Shown here in pieces: positions 23,288 to 33,985 of a DNA stretch of 64,000 bases (positions are counted from its first letter, which is position 1; the number at the start of each line of letters is the position of its first letter). The stretch is from Shigella phage KPS64. Under the pieces are notes generated by a model. That model did not search any database, was not told where the DNA came from, and saw only the letters and a program-made list of their open reading frames with translations. The stretch is from sequence record MK562502, one strand, 5' to 3'. The position numbers were made by a program, and so were the translations under genes.

Positions 23288-24640
23288 TTATTCGTAAGCC
23301 ACTGTGCCTTTCAAGTCAACATCCAAGATAGCCCCTGCAAGAATACCGTGGAAGGTAATGTCTTTCAGGATACGTGCTTTCTTATCTGCCAATGCAACTT
23401 GTGAGGCTTTAGGAACAGTAACGGTGTAAGTTGACAAAAAGTTTCTGTTAACTGCTCGCTGAAGAGATGTTTCAATGACCTGACGAATACGGGTAATACC
23501 AGTATCATCATAAGTAATCTTACCACCCTTCTGATTAATTAGCAAGTCTCTCAGAGATGTTTTCAAATCAGATTCAAGCCAATCAACACCACGTACAATA
23601 TCAATCCATTCACCACCAGAAGTGATACCTCTGCGCACTACAGGAACCCCACCATCGAGGTCAATGAAGTTACAGCTACGGGTATCCAAAGCTGACTTCT
23701 GAATGCTTGTCAGTGGTCTCTGGTTAGCAGGTTGTAGGGATGCTGCAACACCAGTTAACTGAGCGTTACCCCAAGCAATTGAACCTGCATCGTATGGAGC
23801 ACCATATGCAATGTAAGCCATTTCTGGGTAGTCAAACTCGGCTGTGTGATGCCACAAGCAAACTGTACGAGTGTACTTGCTCTTAGCTAACTGTGCTGGA
23901 ACATCTGTTGCAGAGGTCAAATCAGTGCCTTGCAGAGCCTTAACGTCAGCATTAGCTGTGAAGAAAATCTTCTTACGAGCCTGAATCTCTGAAGCCATTG
24001 CTAAGACAAACTGTTGAGTTCTGTCTTCTGCTGAGATGAAGTACCAATCTGTTGAATATGTCTCAATGGATGCCAGAGCAGCGGAAGCCGTGTCAGCAGT
24101 TGTTGCTGCAATAGACGTTGTAGGTGTAATAGATGTTACTTTTACGAAGTCATTATCACCAGCTTTAGTAATAATCATCGTCGCAGAAGCACCAGTACCT
24201 GTTACACTAGCATTAACACCATCTTTAATTGTTGGGCTTGCTTCAATCTGTGATTTAAACTCATTCAAGACAATAAGTGCTGTGTCGCTTTCTTTTGCAG
24301 TGTATTGGAATGGCTGAGAAACACCACCACCGATAGCAACTGTCAATGAATATTCACTTCCTTCAGCCACTGTGTCAGGAATAGAAACAGTATATTGCAT
24401 AGTTCTTCTACCAATATACAGTTGAGTTACTTTTGGAGTTTGGCTCCATAGCTGTTTTGCAGCTTTATACGCAGCAGTACTTTCATCAAAGTCTTCAGCT
24501 ACTTCTGTTAATGAAGTATAACCACGGATTCTTTCTTCAAAGTTATCTGTTGAAGCAAGGAATAATGGTAAACCAAAACCTTCTCTTGTAGTTCCTGCTG
24601 TGTTCAATGTAATATCTACATTAACAATTGGATTCCACAT
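23288..24640 (-). CDS. contractile tail sheath protein (450 aa)
   Basis: Size and position upstream of tube gene in a baseplate-containing module. Confidence 0.55.
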   Translation of the reverse strand: MWNPIVNVDITLNTAGTTREGFGLPLFLASTDNFEERIRGYTSLTEVAEDFDESTAAYKAAKQLWSQTPKVTQLYIGRRTMQYTVSIPDTVAEGSEYSLTVAIGGGVSQPFQYTAKESDTALIVLNEFKSQIEASPTIKDGVNASVTGTGASATMIITKAGDNDFVKVTSITPTTSIAATTADTASAALASIETYSTDWYFISAEDRTQQFVLAMASEIQARKKIFFTANADVKALQGTDLTSATDVPAQLAKSKYTRTVCLWHHTAEFDYPEMAYIAYGAPYDAGSIAWGNAQLTGVAASLQPANQRPLTSIQKSALDTRSCNFIDLDGGVPVVRRGITSGGEWIDIVRGVDWLESDLKTSLRDLLINQKGGKITYDDTGITRIRQVIETSLQRAVNRNFLSTYTVTVPKASQVALADKKARILKDITFHGILAGAILDVDLKGTVAYE

Positions 24641-25240
24641 TTATTTTACCCCTTTGGAGTCTACATCTAGATGGATAGTATATTCTGGTGGCTCCTGTCC
24701 TTCCTCGTAAACCAATTCACCATCCACAATGATACGCTCGATAATACTTCCACGCTCATCTTTTAATACTGAATTTTTTACAAGGGTTACAACAAGAGGT
24801 GCAGAATTTTCAAAATCTGTGTTGAGATAAGTATAATCATTTGGGATAGCCCCTGTATCAAGTACTGAAGCACCTGTCATGTCAGCTAGATAATCTCTTG
24901 TAGTACTCATCTCTAATCTTTGTTTTAGCTCAAGCATAATACTGTGAGCACCTTTACCATTTACAGTAATCAGTACAGGAATCTGGAAAGCAATTCTGTA
25001 ACAAACTACATCATCTTCCACGAACTTATCAAGAACCCAACCATAAGGTGTGGTAGCATCTTGACAGTATACTGTAATAAAAGGCTGGTCTGGTTTTAGA
25101 CCTTTATCATTGGAATTATCTGAAGGGTAAGCCCTAATAACATTTGGTCTGTTATTCTTGTCTCTCGCTAAACGGTGACCAATAACATCAACCAAAACTC
25201 GGACAATACCTTTCTCAAGTTCTGCTGTTTCTAACTGCAT
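24641..25240 (-). CDS. head-tail joining/tail completion protein (199 aa)
   Basis: Position between capsid and sheath genes. Confidence 0.35.
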   Translation of the reverse strand: MQLETAELEKGIVRVLVDVIGHRLARDKNNRPNVIRAYPSDNSNDKGLKPDQPFITVYCQDATTPYGWVLDKFVEDDVVCYRIAFQIPVLITVNGKGAHSIMLELKQRLEMSTTRDYLADMTGASVLDTGAIPNDYTYLNTDFENSAPLVVTLVKNSVLKDERGSIIERIIVDGELVYEEGQEPPEYTIHLDVDSKGVK

Positions 25241-25616
25241 TCATCTTATCCCTTCTAATAATGATATACTCATAATGGGATGTGTGAGCTAATTGTTCAG
25301 ACCAATCCATTGTCATAAAGACTTCGTATTCGTGTCCCTTAATCATAACAATATCAGCTTCAGTCCAATCAACATCATCAGATGTTCTTAACTCAGCTAC
25401 AGTGAAAAGGATTCTTGTATCTGTCAGTCTGATACCTTCAGGTAAAACAATCTGTGTACCATTCTTTACAGAACCCTTAATATAAGGTTGAATATTACCT
25501 TTGCAGTTAATTGATACAACATCCTGTGAAGCTACCCAATCACCATCTTCATTGTAATGACCATCTTCAGATACCTTTCTTTTAACTACAAAGCTGTGTC
25601 TATTTAAGAGTCTCAT
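25215..25616 (-). CDS. head-tail joining protein (133 aa)
   Basis: Synteny. Confidence 0.35.
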   Translation of the reverse strand: MRLLNRHSFVVKRKVSEDGHYNEDGDWVASQDVVSINCKGNIQPYIKGSVKNGTQIVLPEGIRLTDTRILFTVAELRTSDDVDWTEADIVMIKGHEYEVFMTMDWSEQLAHTSHYEYIIIRRDKMNAVRNSRT

Positions 25617-26095
25617 TTTTTAATACCTTTCTTAGTAGAAATTTTATAAGCAAGGTTATCTCGTAAATCTCCAGTTTCTACAAGAGGGGCATTGAAGCCT
25701 TTCTTTTTAACTGTAGATGGAGCGTTAGGAGGCAATATAGCCGTATTACCAAAACCTCTTTTAATTGCTTTCTGAGCACTCTTTGCAAATGCTTCTAAAG
25801 TATCTGAGGGGTCAGTATTAAGACTGTTTAATTGCTTATAGAGATTCTTCTTAGTCTGCTCTAACAAGGTCTGTCTGTGTAACATCATAGTAATTTCAAA
25901 CAACCTACGATATACTTTACCTGAAGCTGCTGGTACACCAATAACTTCATGCAAGTACATTAAAGCAGAGTAAGAAAAACCAGAGCTATGTTGACCTTGT
26001 TCCTGAAAATACCCAACTTGAGCATTAGCCGTATGCAAGTTCTTCATAGCCCCGACTAATTTAGCTCTAGCGGGGTGAATAACCCTTTTAACCAT
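25613..26095 (-). CDS. head completion/neck protein (160 aa)
   Basis: Synteny. Confidence 0.35.
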   Translation of the reverse strand: MVKRVIHPARAKLVGAMKNLHTANAQVGYFQEQGQHSSGFSYSALMYLHEVIGVPAASGKVYRRLFEITMMLHRQTLLEQTKKNLYKQLNSLNTDPSDTLEAFAKSAQKAIKRGFGNTAILPPNAPSTVKKKGFNAPLVETGDLRDNLAYKISTKKGIKK

Positions 26096-26544
26096 TATTC
26101 ATCTCGCTCGATAATAAATACACCATTGACACGTTCACAGTAATCTCTACCGTAGTACCTAACAGCATCGCCATATTCAGTATATTTCTTGACAGAGCAA
26201 GGATTTTGACGACGCATGTCAATATCACACTGGTTAATACCACCCGCATAAGGGAGGCCACTAACAGAGCTTTTAACTAGGTCGTCATAGACAGCTTTCA
26301 GAGATTTGAATCTGGAAGAGTTTCGTAAATAAACACCACCAACTTTCTCATCTCCCATCTTGGCTACTTGAAAGAGTAAATATTTAAGAGCTTTGATGGC
26401 TGCTTTCTTTTCATCCTTTCCAGATTCTTGGTAGAACCACTCTAGCACCGATTGGTCAATGAGGATTTCATTGTTGTCAGTATCGGTGCAGAGGATTCGA
26501 ACTCTATCAAGAGGGTTATTAGCGGGGTCGCCTGTATAACACAT
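26095..26544 (-). CDS. head-tail connector protein (149 aa)
   Basis: Synteny. Confidence 0.35.
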   Translation of the reverse strand: MCYTGDPANNPLDRVRILCTDTDNNEILIDQSVLEWFYQESGKDEKKAAIKALKYLLFQVAKMGDEKVGGVYLRNSSRFKSLKAVYDDLVKSSVSGLPYAGGINQCDIDMRRQNPCSVKKYTEYGDAVRYYGRDYCERVNGVFIIERDE

Positions 26545-26566
26545 TTATAACCCTCCTTTCAAGTTA

Positions 26567-27670
26567 TTACTCAGCGTCTGAACGAACGTCAACAAGCAGT
26601 TGAGGACGTGTGCAGTATGGCAGCATGTAAGAGTGGGCTTCGAAGTCAATACCTTCGTCACGGTCTTTCTCATATTCGAACACATACAGTTCCTGACCCA
26701 GAGTGTTTGCATAACCCATCTTAGGACATGGAGCGTAAGCAACTTCGAAGATGTTGTTAGCTTCACCCAACATTGCTACGTTAGGGAATGCGTGACCTAC
26801 ACCAACATTAGTATCAGATACACCGTCAATGCTAACCAGAGTATGAGTCTTACCACGCTTGTCTTTGAACTTACCGTTGTACTGTACGAATACAACACCA
26901 CCGTAGTAGAAGCGGTTCATGTGAGCCTGAACACCGTCAGTACCACCAGTTCTCAGAGAACCAGTAATCTGTTGCCAAGCCAGCGGAGTCTGCTGTGCAA
27001 GGTATGCGTCACGAATCTTAGGATGCTTGATAAGCTTGCTGAAGAAAGTTCTGTCAACAACGATGTGAATTTCTTCACCGTTGATTACAGTGCCTGTCTT
27101 AGCTTCATCTTCCATGTGCATACGCAGGTCTTCAATGTGCGCATCGATATCAGAGTTCGGGTTGTCCAAGTCGAAGTAGATAGTCTTCTTAGTTACATCG
27201 AACTGCTTGTACAGGTCTGCGTACAGAACACCGTTAGCGTCGATAACTTTACCCTTCAGAGCTTGCATAAACAAGAACTCACGAGTAATATCAAACTTGG
27301 TACGAATCTTCATCAGCTTCTTAGCACGTACAACTGCTTCAGTAGTCAGTTCATTTGCAGTGCCTGGCTGACGAACACCCTGAATCTCATCAGGAGTGAT
27401 GCTTTCAACTTCCTTGAAGTACATCATCGGGAAGCTAATCTGACGAACACGCTCAGGAGCGCTAGTCTCAGCTTTACGGCTGGTACGGTCTACCGCATCC
27501 AGTAAGCTGATATCCCAATCAGTCAAGTCCATCAGGAAAGTAGTCTGTGTTTGTGGAGCAGAACGGAACAGTCCCAGACCAGAGATATATCCGTAAGTAT
27601 TTGGAATAGACTGGACTTCACCAGTTAAGTCAGCAAGGAAAAATCTGCTTTTTTCAGAATTAGTCAACAT
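26567..27670 (-). CDS. major capsid protein (367 aa)
   Basis: Size, strong codon usage (high-expression-like), position after protease and decoration genes. Confidence 0.6.
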   Translation of the reverse strand: MLTNSEKSRFFLADLTGEVQSIPNTYGYISGLGLFRSAPQTQTTFLMDLTDWDISLLDAVDRTSRKAETSAPERVRQISFPMMYFKEVESITPDEIQGVRQPGTANELTTEAVVRAKKLMKIRTKFDITREFLFMQALKGKVIDANGVLYADLYKQFDVTKKTIYFDLDNPNSDIDAHIEDLRMHMEDEAKTGTVINGEEIHIVVDRTFFSKLIKHPKIRDAYLAQQTPLAWQQITGSLRTGGTDGVQAHMNRFYYGGVVFVQYNGKFKDKRGKTHTLVSIDGVSDTNVGVGHAFPNVAMLGEANNIFEVAYAPCPKMGYANTLGQELYVFEYEKDRDEGIDFEAHSYMLPYCTRPQLLVDVRSDAE

Positions 27671-27701
27671 TGTAAAATTCTCCAGAATGTCTTATTATTA
27701 A

Positions 27702-28079
27702 TTACAGGCCAGTTGGGACGAAATCAATACCTTTCGCCTTAAGAGCAGACTTGACAGCAGCAGCATCAACGCCACTCTCTAGCTTCAGCAAGTCTTTCAG
27801 TTCAGCGTCACGGTAGATACCAACGACTTTTAACTGACCATGATAAGACAGTTGCAGGTCTGCATAGAAATTAACGATACATACAGAATCTGCCTGAGCT
27901 TCTTGACCAGCAGCTACTTTAGAGCCGTCAGCCTTCAGAACTTCACCAACACGGTATTCTGTGCTTGCTACTGGAGCGTACTCTTTACGAGAGTGACCAG
28001 TTGGGGTAATCTGTTCCCAAAGGATAATATCGTTAAGAGGTTCTCTTTCACCTAATTTAGTAAAACCTTGATATGCCAT
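27702..28079 (-). CDS. head decoration/scaffold-associated protein (125 aa)
   Basis: Small gene between protease and capsid genes. Confidence 0.4.
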   Translation of the reverse strand: MAYQGFTKLGEREPLNDIILWEQITPTGHSRKEYAPVASTEYRVGEVLKADGSKVAAGQEAQADSVCIVNFYADLQLSYHGQLKVVGIYRDAELKDLLKLESGVDAAAVKSALKAKGIDFVPTGL

Positions 28080-28091
28080 TATTTGTGTTCC

Positions 28092-29438
28092 TTATTTGAT
28101 AAGAGTTTTCAAAGCATTCTGGAGAGCCAGTTTGCGTTGGTCAGCGTTAGCATTAGCATTTGCTTCTGGAGCGGTATCTTTACCGTCATCCACTTCTGCT
28201 TCGCCGTCATTGCCAAGTTCTTCCATAGCGTTTGAGTGTTCCAGAACAGCACCAGCAGTTTCTTTCAGCTTAGTGATTTCAGAATCCTTCTCAGACATGG
28301 CAGAAGCGTGGGACGCGATAGTTTCATTAAGTTTCTGGTTAGCACCTTCCATAGCATTCATAAACAGAACACTTAGAGGGTTGTCAAGACCAGCACCTAA
28401 AATAGCTGTTGCAGCTTCTTTTGCATCAAACCCAAAAGCTTCAGCAGATGCAGAAATCTTACCAGTTAAATCTGTAAGAACTGTTTCCTGTTCCTTAGCT
28501 TTCATTTGAGCAACCTGAAGACGCAGAGCTTCTAGTTCTTGCTTTTCTTGTTCAGTCATTTCTTCACCTGAATTGTTTGTGTTTAAACTTACAGGAGCTT
28601 CTTCAGAACCTTGTAAGTAATTTAAGAAATCATCTTGAGACATGATAGAGTTAATTAAACCAAGTTCAAGAGCTTCCTGAGCAGAATAAACATTCGCCTC
28701 AGTATTCTTTACAGCTTCTTCAGAGATATTACGTGAGTCTGCAACAAAACTAGTAAAAGTCTTGTAAGTGTCATCAATTCTCTTTTGAAGTCTATTCTTG
28801 CTTTCTTCTGATAATGCTTGGAATGGGGAACCCATACCTTTAAATTCACCAGCTTTAATAACGTTAATAGTTACGCCATTCTTTTCAAATGCTTTAGTTA
28901 ATTCTTGGTGAACCATAATCACACCAATTGAACCAACATCTGCATCTGGTGATGCAATAATTTCTTCAGCGGAAGATGCAAGAGCATATGCAGCAGAGCA
29001 AGCAAACTCATCTACATAAGCAATAATTTTCTTTTGGCCTCTTGAAGCCATGATGTGACGTGCCAACTCAAAACAACCTGACGCTTCACCACCACCTGAA
29101 TCAACGTGCAGCACGATAGTCTTAATAGACTCATCTGCTAGGGCTTCGTCAAAGCCTCTGCGTAAACCTTCATAAGAACTTAGTCCACCAGTACACATTG
29201 CATCCATGAAGGTCATACGATGTGTTAGGCCACCCATAATAGGGATGATAGCAATGTCTTCTTTAACTTTTAAAAGACTTCTTGCTTCACCTTTTGGCTT
29301 ATCGAAGTTTACTGCTGCTTGTACCTCACCTAACAAGCGGTTATTAACATAAGTCGCTGCTGAGTGGGCTAATGATTCTGTAGCTAGTAAAGGTTGGTTG
29401 AATAATCTGTCAGCAAGTCTGAAGATATTCGAACTCAT
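28092..29438 (-). CDS. prohead protease (S49/SppA-ClpP-like) with C-terminal scaffold-like tail (448 aa)
   Basis: IKTIVLHVDSGGGEASG ... IIAYVDEFACSAAYALAS ... GSIGVI motifs; acidic/coiled C-terminal half. Confidence 0.6.
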   Translation of the reverse strand: MSSNIFRLADRLFNQPLLATESLAHSAATYVNNRLLGEVQAAVNFDKPKGEARSLLKVKEDIAIIPIMGGLTHRMTFMDAMCTGGLSSYEGLRRGFDEALADESIKTIVLHVDSGGGEASGCFELARHIMASRGQKKIIAYVDEFACSAAYALASSAEEIIASPDADVGSIGVIMVHQELTKAFEKNGVTINVIKAGEFKGMGSPFQALSEESKNRLQKRIDDTYKTFTSFVADSRNISEEAVKNTEANVYSAQEALELGLINSIMSQDDFLNYLQGSEEAPVSLNTNNSGEEMTEQEKQELEALRLQVAQMKAKEQETVLTDLTGKISASAEAFGFDAKEAATAILGAGLDNPLSVLFMNAMEGANQKLNETIASHASAMSEKDSEITKLKETAGAVLEHSNAMEELGNDGEAEVDDGKDTAPEANANANADQRKLALQNALKTLIK

Positions 29439-29449
29439 TTTTACTCACC

Positions 29450-29782
29450 CTATTTATTTAAGTCAATGGATACTGAAGAGATAACATAAATTCCTTCTTC
29501 AGCAAAGAACTGAGGGCTACTTAGAGCACCTGTTGCCACGCACTTAGAGTTGTCATCCCATAAACTAAAATGAGAAACTGTAGCAGAAGCCGGAACAGTA
29601 ATATTAACTGTGTCTTCTGAGGCAATTAATCCATTATTAGGTTCTGAGAAGAAGATAGCCACTGGCTGAGTAACCTTGTTTGCTGTAGGGTCTGCCGTTG
29701 GGTCTACATTGTGTAATACAATAGTTGTCGGGGTTAGTGTGGCTAGGATTTTATTCTTACCATCAATCGTTAATGTTCCCAT
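29450..29782 (-). CDS. hypothetical virion-module protein (110 aa)
   Basis: ORF between portal and protease. Confidence 0.35.
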   Translation of the reverse strand: MGTLTIDGKNKILATLTPTTIVLHNVDPTADPTANKVTQPVAIFFSEPNNGLIASEDTVNITVPASATVSHFSLWDDNSKCVATGALSSPQFFAEEGIYVISSVSIDLNK

Positions 29783-30282
29783 TAATTAAACCTTACTTTT
29801 TGTTTAAGGATTGTTGAATGGTTACCAGATTCATCTACCACATTTACAATCATATCATAAACTTTACCTTTGACAAGTACTTTGTAATCATTTTGTGAAA
29901 AAATGTACTCAAGTCTGTTAGACTCTTTATTTACTGTCATTGGAGATTGAAATGCTGTATCAATGGTAATGAATGCAGCTTCAACACTATTAACGTTAAC
30001 ACGTTTATTCTCACAGTTATATAACTTTACACCCAAAAGGCATGAACTGTCAAATGGAATTTTAACAATTTCGTTACAATTGTTTGAAATAAACTGTTTT
30101 CCGCTCATTGGAGCATCAAGTAACCTGCAAATAGTGAAAACGTCAGAGGTTCCACCATCACTAACATACCCTGAAAGGCTGACCCTTGAGCCAGCCTCTA
30201 CAGTTAATTCATCAGTGATAATTAAGACACCTCTATAAGAATGCACTCGCGTAGCATTGGAAATAGAGATAACTTCTGCCAT
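29782..30282 (-). CDS. hypothetical virion-module protein (166 aa)
   Basis: ORF between portal and protease. Confidence 0.35.
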   Translation of the reverse strand: MAEVISISNATRVHSYRGVLIITDELTVEAGSRVSLSGYVSDGGTSDVFTICRLLDAPMSGKQFISNNCNEIVKIPFDSSCLLGVKLYNCENKRVNVNSVEAAFITIDTAFQSPMTVNKESNRLEYIFSQNDYKVLVKGKVYDMIVNVVDESGNHSTILKQKVRFN

Positions 30283-31748
30283 TATTTGTTTGCCTTATTA
30301 GCTGTGCTTGGGTCTCTAGCTGAAGGAGTATTAGCAGTCCCTTCTCCAGCAGTTTGATAACCATCACCAGAACGACTTTGAGTGTTTGGAGATAGTTTCT
30401 CAGATACTGGTTTAGACTCATCAGCAGGTTCAAGGTCAAGATATTCTCTAAGCTTGTCAGACAATGGCTTATCAACTTCCAGAGCACCAACTGCAACTGT
30501 CTTCTGAATGAATGATGCAATAGCTTCAAGGTCTGGTGTCTCAATATCATCATACACAATTTCTACGTGTTCTTCATCATCCCACATATTTAGTGCATAA
30601 GTCTGAGCAACCAAATCACGGTTAATTACATTCTTCACTTGCTTCAGAAGAATATCAACTGACATTGCCAGTAAGCTTGTCTTAGAATCTGCCAGAGAGA
30701 ATGAGCCATACTTTGACTGTCCCATAGCAAGAACATCAGACATAAACGCCATCATAATTTGCTTAGAGTATCTATCAATGATAGAACCTGTATCATAAGC
30801 TTTAGCACCCTGTCGAGAAACTAATGAGAACTCAAAGATATCTTCTTTAGTTTCTGGGTCGATAAATCTAGGCCAAATTAAACCTGCTCTGTCATTAGCA
30901 ATTAAATCATTTACTACTTCTTGGCAGTATTTAACAAAAGCTTTCTTTTCAGGTTCTGCATCTTCACCTAAGTAATCAGGTGGAAGACCAATCTTTGGCA
31001 TACCTACTAAGTCTCTGGAAACACCAACTGCTTCAAACTCTTCAATTTGAACTTTGTATTTCCAAGGAACATAAGCATTAAGTAATGGTGAACGTCCCTC
31101 TGGGTTACCGTATTCATCGTCATACTTGAACAATAAGAATTTACTTCTAGGAAGCTTTCTTGTCAATGGTTGTTCACCAAGATTAATTGCTCCTGCAATA
31201 TGGGAAACATTACGCAGGTTCTGTCTAACACCAATAACTTTTCTATAGTCAGAGTCAAAGTACCATTTATCTAATGTAGTCTGATTACGGATTGGTAATT
31301 TAGCCCAACCAATTAAACCATCATTATATTTTGAAGGGTACTTACCTTTCTTACCTTGACGTTTCTTATAAACTTTCTCGTTTACACAGAAACCGTAAGT
31401 ACAGAATGACATTACAGAGTTAATAAAGTCAGCCCAATCGTGCTCCATGTCATTCATTAGTGAGTTAAAGAAATTAGCCCTTTCAATCATTTTGGCATCT
31501 TTCTCTTTTCCCTTCGGTGGTACGAATCTCCAGTTAACCTTTCTGACAAACATCTTAATAATATTTACAGAGGCTGCTACTGAAGGGTCTCTCATCATAA
31601 GTTGGAAAGTCTTAATACTTTCTGGGAATCTTAAAGCCTGTCTAGGTTCTTCATAGATTCTTCCTGAGCGAACTTTAAGGCCAAGACTCCCAACCTCACC
31701 CATCCTGAATGGAGGAAGGCTTTCTTGTGTTTCTGTGATATCTGCCAT
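30282..31748 (-). CDS. portal protein (488 aa)
   Basis: Size and position directly downstream of large terminase. Confidence 0.55.
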   Translation of the reverse strand: MADITETQESLPPFRMGEVGSLGLKVRSGRIYEEPRQALRFPESIKTFQLMMRDPSVAASVNIIKMFVRKVNWRFVPPKGKEKDAKMIERANFFNSLMNDMEHDWADFINSVMSFCTYGFCVNEKVYKKRQGKKGKYPSKYNDGLIGWAKLPIRNQTTLDKWYFDSDYRKVIGVRQNLRNVSHIAGAINLGEQPLTRKLPRSKFLLFKYDDEYGNPEGRSPLLNAYVPWKYKVQIEEFEAVGVSRDLVGMPKIGLPPDYLGEDAEPEKKAFVKYCQEVVNDLIANDRAGLIWPRFIDPETKEDIFEFSLVSRQGAKAYDTGSIIDRYSKQIMMAFMSDVLAMGQSKYGSFSLADSKTSLLAMSVDILLKQVKNVINRDLVAQTYALNMWDDEEHVEIVYDDIETPDLEAIASFIQKTVAVGALEVDKPLSDKLREYLDLEPADESKPVSEKLSPNTQSRSGDGYQTAGEGTANTPSARDPSTANKANK

Positions 31749-31760
31749 TCTTTCTACCTA

Positions 31761-33377
31761 TTAGCGTCTTAGCCCCTGATATGGATTACTCTTCATAATA
31801 TCTGTATGAGCACCCATTGAAGGTGGCTTGAATAGTTTAACTTCGTTTAGACTGTTGAAAGCATCACTGGTAGCATCCACTTGGTCATCCTTAGTACGAC
31901 CATCACCACAAAAACCTTCTAGTTCTTGGAAATATGCTTCATTCCAAGAGCCTCTAACAATTTTGACAAGTCCTGCCTCAGAAGCAGCAGAGAAACCCGC
32001 AAAACGGGTGACTTTATCTTTATTTGTTGGTTTAGCTCTTGCTCGGAAACCTTTCTCAGCAAGTTTTCTAATAAGGGAGGTTGCGTAGGATTTACCAGCA
32101 GCGCCGGGGTCTTGAGGGATAAAAATACCTGTGCGCTTACCATCACCTTCAGCAGTTTGGTTAATTTGTGTTTCAACTCCAGAAGGTCTATCTCTAAATC
32201 TTACTACGTTAATCACATAATAGCAACCATCTTTTTTAGATTTACCCATTTTAACACCTGCTGTCCAGTCAGGGTTAGGGTTAACCTCAGAAGGTAATGT
32301 TGCTGCTAAGTCCCATGCTCTTACGTCAAATACATCTGCTGGAACACTATCAACAATTTCACACCATTGTCTTTGCCAGTAGTTTGAACCTTCAGCACGA
32401 GCTTTCCAGTTACCAAAACGTAAACGTGCAACGTTAACTGGTGTGTTGTTTTCTAATTTACCACGATACTTAGGTTCAAGGAAGTCTAGAATAGGGTTGT
32501 CATCAATTGTACCGGAAATAAAAGTATATGTTTGAGGAATCTCAAGAGGGAACATTTCAAGAATTTTATCTCTATCCCAATCAGAAACCATGACACCATC
32601 ATTCATAACATACCAACGAATCCTACCGCACTTCTCTGGGTCTGGATATCCAGCATCATCTAGGAAAGGTTCTACCCAATCATAAATAAAGTGGTCTCTA
32701 TCTGGGTTCATTGAGATTTTCATATATGAGTCACCTTCAGCACCAGAACGTAAACGTGTCTGAAGATATGAAATCTGTGAAGCCGAGAAGTGTGTACCTT
32801 CGTCGAAATAAATAGCTGAGTATTCGATACCTTGGTGACCTTCTGAGTGTTTCTCAAGTTCCAAATAAGTAAACTTGATAGTTGCTCCAGAAGGGAAAGT
32901 AATAGTCATTTTCTGTTCATGTGGAACTCCACCAAACTTACCAAATAACTTCTTAGCCGCAGGCCACAGACCACCTTGTAACTGTGTTGTATTTCGACGG
33001 AAATAAACAGCGTTATAGTTTGGGTCTTCAATAAACCTTAGTGAGTCCATTAAAAGGGCAGCAGTCTTACCAGCACCAGCAGCACCACCATATAGTACCA
33101 AGTCAGCATTAGTGTTCAAGAATACCTCTTGAGAGCCAGGCTGTGGAGCTACATAGTTCTTGTCAGTCATCAATTTAAAGATGAGTCTTACTTGGTCTGG
33201 GGTGTATCTTAATAAAGTCAGAATTTGAGTTGGAAGGAATTTAGAGGGGTCTTTACCAAAGGATTTGATAATATCTTTTACTTCTTCAGAAAGCCCCAAC
33301 TCACCTGCTAGGACTTTCCTTACATCTTCCACTCGCTTCTGCTTAATAACATTTAAGTCCATTAAGCACCTCTGCAA
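31761..33377 (-). CDS. terminase large subunit (538 aa)
   Basis: Walker A LYGGAAGAGKTAAL near N-terminus; nuclease-like C-terminal half. Confidence 0.7.
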   Translation of the reverse strand: MQRCLMDLNVIKQKRVEDVRKVLAGELGLSEEVKDIIKSFGKDPSKFLPTQILTLLRYTPDQVRLIFKLMTDKNYVAPQPGSQEVFLNTNADLVLYGGAAGAGKTAALLMDSLRFIEDPNYNAVYFRRNTTQLQGGLWPAAKKLFGKFGGVPHEQKMTITFPSGATIKFTYLELEKHSEGHQGIEYSAIYFDEGTHFSASQISYLQTRLRSGAEGDSYMKISMNPDRDHFIYDWVEPFLDDAGYPDPEKCGRIRWYVMNDGVMVSDWDRDKILEMFPLEIPQTYTFISGTIDDNPILDFLEPKYRGKLENNTPVNVARLRFGNWKARAEGSNYWQRQWCEIVDSVPADVFDVRAWDLAATLPSEVNPNPDWTAGVKMGKSKKDGCYYVINVVRFRDRPSGVETQINQTAEGDGKRTGIFIPQDPGAAGKSYATSLIRKLAEKGFRARAKPTNKDKVTRFAGFSAASEAGLVKIVRGSWNEAYFQELEGFCGDGRTKDDQVDATSDAFNSLNEVKLFKPPSMGAHTDIMKSNPYQGLRR

Positions 33378-33383
33378 ATAGAA

Positions 33384-33590
33384 TTATTCAGAAACTTCTT
33401 CAGATTCCTGTTTAGGTTCTACACCAAACTTTTCATCTACTAAATTAAGAAGTTTATCCATCGTTGCTTCTTGTGGGTTAATACCAGTTGCAACAATTAA
33501 ACGTTCAGCCACAGCCATTACAGTTGCCTGAAGCATCTGAGCCTGTTTCTGAGTTTCATATAGTTCTTTGTAAACATTAGTCTCGTTCAT
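33384..33590 (-). CDS. hypothetical small protein (68 aa)
   Basis: Immediately upstream of large terminase; small terminase not excluded. Confidence 0.3.
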   Translation of the reverse strand: MNETNVYKELYETQKQAQMLQATVMAVAERLIVATGINPQEATMDKLLNLVDEKFGVEPKQESEEVSE

Positions 33591-33808
33591 TGTATTTCTC
33601 CAAAATTAAAGTTATAGTGATTCTCCTGAAAAAAGACGGTGCAGAGACCGTCAAGGAGAAACCACAATGTATGCCAGAGACATACTGTATAGGTCTTCCT
33701 ATAAAGTATAACTCTATAAAAAAGCCCTGTCTAAAAATACTCTCCGGTAGCGAAAGGGAGAATACTCATAGCAGGGCATAATAACTTTGAGAGAGATATT
33801 AATATAAA

Positions 33809-33884
33809 TTGGAGTATCGGAAGGGACTCGAACCCTCATAAGCCTGTTTTGCAGACAGGAACATAACCATTTCTGACACCGACA
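33809..33884 (-). tRNA. tRNA-Cys (anticodon GCA)
   Basis: T-arm aaggg-ACTCGAA-ccctc, 7-bp acceptor, anticodon loop CTGCAAA, encoded CCA. Confidence 0.7.
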
Positions 33885-33890
33885 CATAAT

Positions 33891-33983
33891 TTGGAGGAAG
33901 ATACCAGACTTGAACTGGTACGCCGATTTCTCGGTTACTGGCAGTTTAGCAAACTGCTCCCTTACCTTTTAGGGTTAATCTTC
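33891..33983 (-). tRNA. tRNA-Ser (anticodon GCT), long variable arm
   Basis: Perfect acceptor ggaagat/atcttcc, T-arm accag/ctggt, anticodon loop TTGCTAA. Confidence 0.7.
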
Positions 33984-33985
33984 CA

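Noticed and set aside
26600-27505. 301-aa plus-strand ORF inside the major capsid gene
   Set aside because: Entirely antisense to a stronger, syntenic minus-strand gene; Ser/Thr/Val-rich low-complexity translation typical of antisense frames.
31828-32297. Plus- and minus-strand ORFs inside the large terminase gene
   Set aside because: Nested alternative-frame ORFs within a gene carrying a clear Walker A motif.
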